In this document: positions 26,415-32,726 of the stretch, in pieces
How the letters are laid out: each line of letters starts with the position of its first letter
Numbering within the stretch: position 1 is the stretch's first letter
Position numbers and translations under genes: made by a program
Source of the DNA: an uncultured virus (IMG/VR IMGVR_UViG_2049941000_000127)
Taxonomy: Duplodnaviria; Heunggongvirae; Uroviricota; Caudoviricetes
Virus record (IMG/VR): IMGVR_UViG_2049941000_000127
Direction: 5' to 3' (one strand)
DNA: 32,726 nt
Notes under the pieces: generated by a model
Databases searched by the model: none
What the model saw: the letters and a program-made list of their open reading frames with translations, nothing else
What the model was told of the DNA's origin: nothing

Positions 26415-26505
26415 CTGTTTATTCCCTTTTACGTCGTTGCGATTACGGGGATATAAGGTGCTGTGTGCCATGCTGCAAGGATTGCATCAGCCGTGNNNNN
26501 NNNNN

Positions 26506-26661
26506 AGAAGGCGGCGGACTTTTACTCTTTCCGAATACATACAGCAACATCAATCAGGTCAAATCGCAGCCGTACACGGTAGAAGCAAACGAGATGAAGC
26601 TGATCGAGCAAAATGTCTATCAATATTTCATGGTAAATGAAGACATTATGCAGAATAAAGC
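26506..26661 (+). CDS. portal protein internal fragment
   Basis: GGGLLLFPNTYSNINQV...IEQNVYQYFMVNEDIMQNK; would fit the gap after 31259. Confidence 0.7.
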
Positions 26662-26671
26662 NNNNNNNNNN

Positions 26672-26850
26672 GGATATCTTTGTTATCGTCCGCGTCGGAT
26701 GATCAGATTCGATATCATCCCATTTATCCCCATCAACCGAGAACATGAAGGACATTCCGTCCAGATCGCCCCTGTCAACGGCTGAATATAGGCTTTTTGA
26801 TTCGGCATTGTTTTCCGTGTCAAGGTCAACACGGATCTCCATGCCCTGAT
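26672..26850 (-). CDS. HK97-type prohead protease fragment
   Basis: LYSAVDRGDLDGMSFMFSVDGDKW...RTITKI. Confidence 0.85.
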
Positions 26851-26936
26851 NNNNNNNNNNCACGGCGGCTTTTATTAAGTCGGTCAGCTCTGAATCGAAG
26901 TCGTTTCCCGATATGAGAAGTGCAAGTTTTACTCTA

Positions 26937-27566
26937 TCAAGCATGGTTTACCTCTGTTATGCTCTTCCGATATGTTTCCTGATATTCAGGATAGACGACA
27001 AAATGCCCAACATGTCCCACCCGGGCATGTGGCTCGGCCCATATCTGATATCCGAGATCCGCCGCCCTTTTGCAGAACGTCAGGTCTTCTCCGAGTTCTC
27101 TGTTCGGGAAGAATGCCGTGCTGTGATGTGACCATACGTCATGGATCACGTCCACGCTCATGAGAACGCAAGCCATTCCGCATCCCGCCACCTTGAATGC
27201 TGCCGAAGGATATTCCCCTTCGAATCTGCGTACTCCCGGATATATTTCCGAGAACAGGCAGCTCGGATATGGAGCTCTCCGGCTGTGAGCGATCCCGGTG
27301 ACAAACTTTTTTCTGCTGTCTGCCAGGACTTCAAACAGATCATCCGTGAATACCATGTCCGAATCGAGCCATAATACATGGCTGAATCCCCCTGACATAG
27401 CTTTCAAGGATAATTTGTCGCGTCCGACATATACAAGCGTTCCGGTCTGGAATGCGACCTCAAAATCTATCTCATCCGCTTCAAGCTTTCTGACAAGCTT
27501 TGTCAGGCTTTCCACGAACTGAACGGGCATCTGATCATTTGTCGGAATTGCAATCAATAGTTTCAT
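26937..27566 (-). CDS. GT-A fold (GT2-like) glycosyltransferase
   Basis: LLIAIPT, HVLWLDSDMVF (DxD), GCGMACVL, GEDLTFC, VGHVG. Confidence 0.85.
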   Translation of the reverse strand: MKLLIAIPTNDQMPVQFVESLTKLVRKLEADEIDFEVAFQTGTLVYVGRDKLSLKAMSGGFSHVLWLDSDMVFTDDLFEVLADSRKKFVTGIAHSRRAPYPSCLFSEIYPGVRRFEGEYPSAAFKVAGCGMACVLMSVDVIHDVWSHHSTAFFPNRELGEDLTFCKRAADLGYQIWAEPHARVGHVGHFVVYPEYQETYRKSITEVNHA

Positions 27567-27802
27567 TTTTTCCTTGTAACAGGCTTTTTGACAGCCGTTC
27601 TGACTGTTTTGACCTTCTTTTCAGGAACTTCCTCTTCGAAAGTCTTGTCTTCCGGTGTTTCAACGACTTTATCAGCTTTGACCGCATCAATGATAATCGC
27701 GCCGTCTGTTGACACCAAAAAACCGCACTCAGTCGGGGAAACCTCAAGGATTTCCCCGGCTTTGTGCATAATTCTTGCGTCTCTTAAAAGCTTAACCTTC
27801 AT
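27563..27802 (-). CDS. small protein downstream of major capsid
   Basis: MKVKLLRDARIMHKAGEILEV with Lys-rich tail. Confidence 0.75.
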   Translation of the reverse strand: MKVKLLRDARIMHKAGEILEVSPTECGFLVSTDGAIIIDAVKADKVVETPEDKTFEEEVPEKKVKTVRTAVKKPVTRKK

Positions 27803-27805
27803 AGA

Positions 27806-28036
27806 TTACGCTGTTTTCTTGATGTTGCAGAACATGTTGCATGCGGTCAGTGCATGTGCTGCGTACTGTCTGCCGACTATCTTGACAAGATCGTCCTCAG
27901 CTTCGGAAAGGTCATCATACTTGATAGCCACTCCGTCACCTTCAGGATAGTTGACCTGTGCGCCGCGAAGATCCCCGACGATAGCATATACTGCGTTTGC
28001 GGATGCTGCCGAATATGCAGGGAGTGCGGATGTGAA
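27806..28036 (-). CDS. major capsid protein, C-terminal fragment
   Basis: YAIVGDL...IKYDDLSEAEDDLVKIVGRQYAAH, HK97-fold C-terminus. Confidence 0.82.
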   Translation of the reverse strand, partial: FTSALPAYSAASANAVYAIVGDLRGAQVNYPEGDGVAIKYDDLSEAEDDLVKIVGRQYAAHALTACNMFCNIKKTA

Positions 28037-28046
28037 NNNNNNNNNN

Positions 28047-28440
28047 CCATAATTCATATTGCATATGGAGCAAGCCGAATCCGATGCCATCACTCTCAAA
28101 AAGGCATTGGACATGGAACACAGAGATTATATGTTATGCAACACGAGGTAAGCACACCTTCAACTTCCCAAAAAAAGGACATGCGCTGTCAACATGGACG
28201 ATAAATAAGCGGAACGGAGATTCAGGACATCCGACAGAAAAACCTATCGAAGTTCCTGCAATGGCAATCTCGCATTCAAGCAAAAAGGGAGATATTGTCG
28301 CGGATCTGTTCGGCGGATCCGGTTCGACTCTCATTGCATGTGAAGAATTAGGACGAAAGTGCTACACATGCGAGATTGATGAGCATTATTGCGATGTCAT
28401 CATTCAGAGATGGGAAGATTATACCGGACAGCAGGCGCAA
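28047..28440 (+). CDS. N6-adenine/N4-cytosine (beta-class) DNA methyltransferase, C-terminal fragment
   Basis: HPTEKP, DLFGGSGSTLIACE, EIDEHYCDVIIQRWE. Confidence 0.9.
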
Positions 28441-28450
28441 NNNNNNNNNN

Positions 28451-28775
28451 GCAGGCGGATGAAATACTGAAACAGGCGGAAGAGCGCGGAGTCAATTCGA
28501 ACTTCTTCTTCGTCACTACATTTAAGCGGTATCAAGTCCAGATGAAGATCCTGATGGACCTTGAGAAAGCCATTGCTGAACACGGAATGGTCATATCCAA
28601 GGAATACGTCAAAGGCCGTCAGAATCTCGTTACGAATCCGGCGATCACGGAATATAACAAGACCGCAACAGCAGCGAACGGAACAGTCTCGACGCTGATT
28701 AACATAATCAAGACACTTTCGAATGAGCCTGATGCTGTGGATGCCCTGTCCGAGTTCCTGAAGGACAATGGATAA
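28451..28775 (+). CDS. terS: terminase small subunit (partial)
   Basis: EYVKGRQNLVTNPAITEYNKT (P27-like); overlaps the terL start. Confidence 0.85.
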
Positions 28776-30673
28776 AAAAAATTATATCTTCGCGTACTAC
28801 CAGAAGATCAAGGACGGCTCGATCGAGGTCGGACAGTGGGTGCAGATGTTTTATGAGCTGATCATCGCCGGGATTGAGGACAAGACGTATATCTTCGATC
28901 AGCAGCGGGCGAACAGGGCGATCAAGTTCATTGAGACATTTTGTAGACATAACAAGGGAAAGCTCGCTCCGAAACCTCTCAAGCTTTCGCTCTGGGAAAA
29001 AGCGTTCATTTCCTGTATTTACGGAATATTAGACAAAACACGCAAGCGGCAATTCCGCGAAGTTGCGCTATTTGTTGGGAGAAAATGCGGGAAAACATTA
29101 CTAGCTTCCGCCATTATGACGTATGAAGCATACGTTGACGGAGAGTTCGGATCCGAAATCTATTGCGTCGCTCCGAAGCTCGATCAGGCGGATCTTGTAT
29201 ATTCGGCATTCGAGTTCACAAAAGACAAGAATCCGGATCTNNNNNNNNNNTATTTCCTGTCTTTACGGAATATTAGACAAGACACGCAAGCGGCAATTCC
29301 GCCAAGTTGCGCTATTTGTTGGAAGAAAATGCGGGAAAACATTACTAGCATCCGCCATTCTGACGTATGAAGCATACGTTGACGGAGAGTTCGGATCCGA
29401 AATATATTGCGTCGCTCCGAAGCTCGACCAGGCTGATCTTGTATATTCGGCATTCGAGTTCACAAAAGACAAGAATCCGGATCTCGCAAAGCGGACGAGA
29501 AAAAGAAAAACCGATTATATCATTGACGCAACAAACACAACGATCAAGAAGATCGCGTTCAACGAGAAAAAGGCTGACGGATATTCCCCGATGCTGACAG
29601 TAGCTGACGAGATGTCATCATGGCCCGCAGAACGTGGCCTGAAGCAGTGGGAAGCAATGACATCCGGAACGGGTGCCAGATCCGAGCCGATAACACTTGC
29701 CATCTCAAGTGGCGGTTACGTCAATGACGGCATATATGACGAATTATTCAAGCGCGGAACACGCTTTCTGAAAGGAGAAGGAGCTGACAAGCATCTTCTC
29801 CCTTTGTTTTATACGATCGATGATATTGACAAATGGGATGATGTAAACGAATTGCGGAAATCACTTCCGCAGCTCGGGGAATCAATTTCGGTTCAGTTCA
29901 TTCTTGATGAAATAGATGTCGCCCGGGAATCTCTCTCGAAAAAGACGGAATTTCTCTGTAAATATTGCAACGTCAAGCAGAACAGTTCTCAGGCATGGCT
30001 TGACACGAAGACAATCGCCAAGTGCTTCGGTGATCATCTCGAGCTTGAGGACTTTCGGTCAAGTTATTGTGTCGCCGGGATCGACCTGTCCCAGACGACG
30101 GACCTGACGGCAGCAACTATCATCATCGAAAAGAACAGGGAACTCTATGTCTTTGCCAAGTTTTGGCTACCGGCTGAAAAGATAGACGATGCCATTGCAA
30201 AAGATGGGATCCCTTACAACCTCTATATCAAGCGCGGGTTATTGGAACTGTCCGGGGATAATTTTATTGATTATCACGACTGTTATCAATGGCTTGTTGA
30301 TATGGTCGAAAAATATGAGATTTTGCCGTTAAAAGTGGGATATGACAGATATTCCGCACAATATCTCGTTCAGGACCTCAAAACATACGGATTTCAGACA
30401 GATGATGTATATCAGGGTGACAATCTCTGGGGTGTCCTTCAGGAGATGGAAGGACTTTTCAAGGATGGAACCGTTCACATGGGTGACAACGACCTTTTGA
30501 AGATCCATCTTCTCAATTCCGCGATCAAAATGAATGCGGAGCGCGGAAGAGGTCGATTGATAAAACTATCAGCAAAAGATCACATCGACGGATGCGCGGC
30601 TCTGGCTGATGCTTTTTGCGTCCGTCAAAAATGGTTCAATGAGATCGGAGACAGACTCGCAAATAAGGATTGA
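28768..30673 (+). CDS. terL: terminase large subunit (two overlapping variant contigs)
   Basis: LSLWEK, Walker A GRKCGKT, Walker B VADE, nuclease GIDLSQTTDLTA, HIDG; 29009-29240 duplicated at 29251-29483. Confidence 0.95.
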
Positions 30674-30675
30674 AA

Positions 30676-31259
30676 ATGGGACTTTTTGATTTATTTCTGA
30701 AAAACAGACCGAAGACACAGGGACAGTACAAGGGCAAATTCGCCATGCTCAACGGCTATGAGCCGAGGTTCACGACTTGGAATGGCGGTATCTATGAGTC
30801 AGAGCTGATCCGTTCCGCGATCAATGCCAGGGCGATCCATATCTCAAAGCTGAAGTTCGAGAGTGAAGGCGCAGCACGTCCGGCTCTTCAGGGCAAGTTG
30901 AAAAAAGGCCCGAATCAGCTCCAGACATGGAGTCAGTTCCTTTATCGGCTGTCAACGGTGCTCGATGTCCATAATACGGCATTCATCATCCCGATATATG
31001 ACAAGTTCGGAGAGATCAGCGGAATATTCTGTCCGCTTCCGGCAAATTGTGAAGTCGTTCAGTATGATGAAACACCTTATCTCCGCTATGAGTTCAGATG
31101 GGGCGAAAAGGCCGCAATCGAACTCGAATACTGCGGAATTATGACGAAGTTTCAATACCGGAATGACCTGATGGGTGAGAATAATCACGCTCTTTATCCG
31201 ACAATGGACCTCATTCACATTCAGAATCAGGGGATTCAGGAAGCCGTCAAGTCATCCGC
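30676..31259 (+). CDS. portal protein, N-terminal part
   Basis: Follows terL; MGLFD...IRSAINARA...GPNQLQTWSQFLYRL. Confidence 0.9.
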
Positions 31260-31884
31260 NNNNNNNNNNNNNNNNNNNNNNNNNNNNNNNNNNNNNNNNN
31301 NNNNNNNNNNNNNNNNNNNNNNNNNNNNNNNNNNNNNNNNNNNNNNNNNNNNNNNNNNNNNNNNNNNNNNNNNNNNNNNNNNNNNNNNNNNNNNNNNNNN
31401 NNNNNNNNNNNNNNNNNNNNNNNNNNNNNNNNNNNNNNNNNNNNNNNNNNNNNNNNNNNNNNNNNNNNNNNNNNNNNNNNNNNNNNNNNNNNNNNNNNNN
31501 NNNNNNNNNNNNNNNNNNNNNNNNNNNNNNNNNNNNNNNNNNNNNNNNNNNNNNNNNNNNNNNNNNNNNNNNNNNNNNNNNNNNNNNNNNNNNNNNNNNN
31601 NNNNNNNNNNNNNNNNNNNNNNNNNNNNNNNNNNNNNNNNNNNNNNNNNNNNNNNNNNNNNNNNNNNNNNNNNNNNNNNNNNNNNNNNNNNNNNNNNNNN
31701 NNNNNNNNNNNNNNNNNNNNNNNNNNNNNNNNNNNNNNNNNNNNNNNNNNNNNNNNNNNNNNNNNNNNNNNNNNNNNNNNNNNNNNNNNNNNNNNNNNNN
31801 NNNNNNNNNNNNNNNNNNNNNNNNNNNNNNNNNNNNNNNNNNNNNNNNNNNNNNNNNNNNNNNNNNNNNNNNNNNNNNNNNNNN

Positions 31885-32091
31885 CGAAACTATCATCCCA
31901 TGTTCGGCAATAGCCGCTTCGAGATCTGTCAGAATCTTCATTTGTACCTGATAACGCTTGAAAGTCGTCACGAAGAAAAAGTTTGAATTGACTCCGCGAG
32001 CTTCCGCTTGTTTAAGGATTTCGTTCGCCTGCTGCTGAAGCGTGAGCTTCTTTTCCGGCTCTTTTTTTCTTGTTCTTGGTCTTCCCGCCAT
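31885..32091 (-). CDS. terS: terminase small subunit N-terminus, second variant
   Basis: MAGRPRTRKK...QANEILKQAEARGVNSNFFFVTTFKRYQVQ matches 28451 onward. Confidence 0.85.
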
Positions 32092-32398
32092 AGTCACTCT
32101 CCCTTGTGGGTTTCTCGACATCGATCGGTTGATTGCTATATAGATATTCCGTCCGCTTCTGTCCATTTGTTGTGGCTCCGATCAGCGACATAACGTCCTT
32201 GATCTTGATCTTGTAGAAGCTTTCGTCTGATATCTCATAACTTGAAAAGAACACTTGATATGGCTGCGCTTTTGCCCATGCATAAAATGCAAGGGAGTCA
32301 AATTCCACACCATAATCACTACACTTTTTATCTTTTATGACTTCATACGGGACATCACAATATACGACATCCCCGTCCTGATAAACATATTGCTGATA
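32012..32398 (-). CDS. Dam-like adenine methyltransferase, C-terminal fragment
   Basis: Frame open to the gap: YQQYVYQDGDVVYCDVPY...FDSLAFYAWA...VFFSSY...EYLY (DPPY-like motif IV). Confidence 0.75.
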   Translation of the reverse strand, partial: YQQYVYQDGDVVYCDVPYEVIKDKKCSDYGVEFDSLAFYAWAKAQPYQVFFSSYEISDESFYKIKIKDVMSLIGATTNGQKRTEYLYSNQPIDVEKPTRESDYGGKTKNKKKRAGKEAHASAAGERNP

Positions 32399-32408
32399 NN
32401 NNNNNNNN

Positions 32409-32726
32409 GATGATCATGTCTCTTCCGATGATCATTCTGTAAAGCCTTGGTGTTCGGGCCGTTGCCCGGAACTTCACTTCTCTTCCGTCGATTTCGATCG
32501 TTTTATCCATGTTTTCCCCCTAGATGTGTTTCTTTATGTTGTTTAATAGCTCCGTATCGCATTTATCCGCTACCGGAGCGATATGAACAAACGCTTGTGA
32601 TCTTCCGCCGTCCCGAAGGGCATGTCCCTTTTCGAGCAAATGCGTGAGCTGATAATCAGTCGCGTTATGGATCTGGGCCGTTTTATCCCTTTTTGTCTTC
32701 TTAACGGTCCATCCTCTGTTATATTT
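32409..32726 (-). repeat. strain-variant duplicate of about 25921-26238 (gp10-like/TAC junction)
   Basis: Near-identical sequence with scattered SNPs. Confidence 0.9.

Noticed and set aside
28047..31259. Apparent inversion of terminase/portal relative to other late genes
   Set aside because: Breakpoints coincide with scaffold gaps and a terS copy occurs in the opposite orientation; scaffolding artefact rather than an invertible segment
22222..32726. Many near-identical sequence pairs suggesting a DGR template/variable repeat or real duplications
   Set aside because: All are bounded by N gaps and cover ordinary genes. The differences I checked are scattered, largely synonymous SNPs, and no reverse transcriptase is present. 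They are co-assembled strain variants.

Overview
A gapped metagenomic scaffold covering most of a temperate siphovirus genome. Gene content suggests a Clostridia/Lachnospiraceae-like host (inference). At least two closely related strains are co-assembled, so many short contigs are near-identical duplicates separated by N-runs, and the structural region is shuffled and partly inverted. From left to right: a promoter-driven operon of small proteins including a very acidic one (469-1604); a solitary FtsK-type ATPase on the opposite strand; an early/middle region (HTH proteins, DUF3310, DUF551, KilAC antirepressor, C5 DNA methyltransferase locus, HNH-like, RNase H-like, HUH rolling-circle Rep-like protein, HAD phosphatase, excisionase); a Cro/CI switch and tyrosine integrase joined directly to the lysis genes (attP-type junction); GH25 endolysin and holins; tail genes; head genes with an embedded glycosyltransferase; terminase, portal and two adenine/N4 methyltransferase fragments. 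The most striking feature is the C5 methyltransferase locus (7759-8759). It lacks an N-terminal motif I, hides a second subunit-like gene in an overlapping frame, and is followed by short Gly-rich cassettes in alternating frames. Poly-G tracts (G8, G8, G8, G6) sit at the frame junctions, which suggests a slippage-controlled specificity switch.
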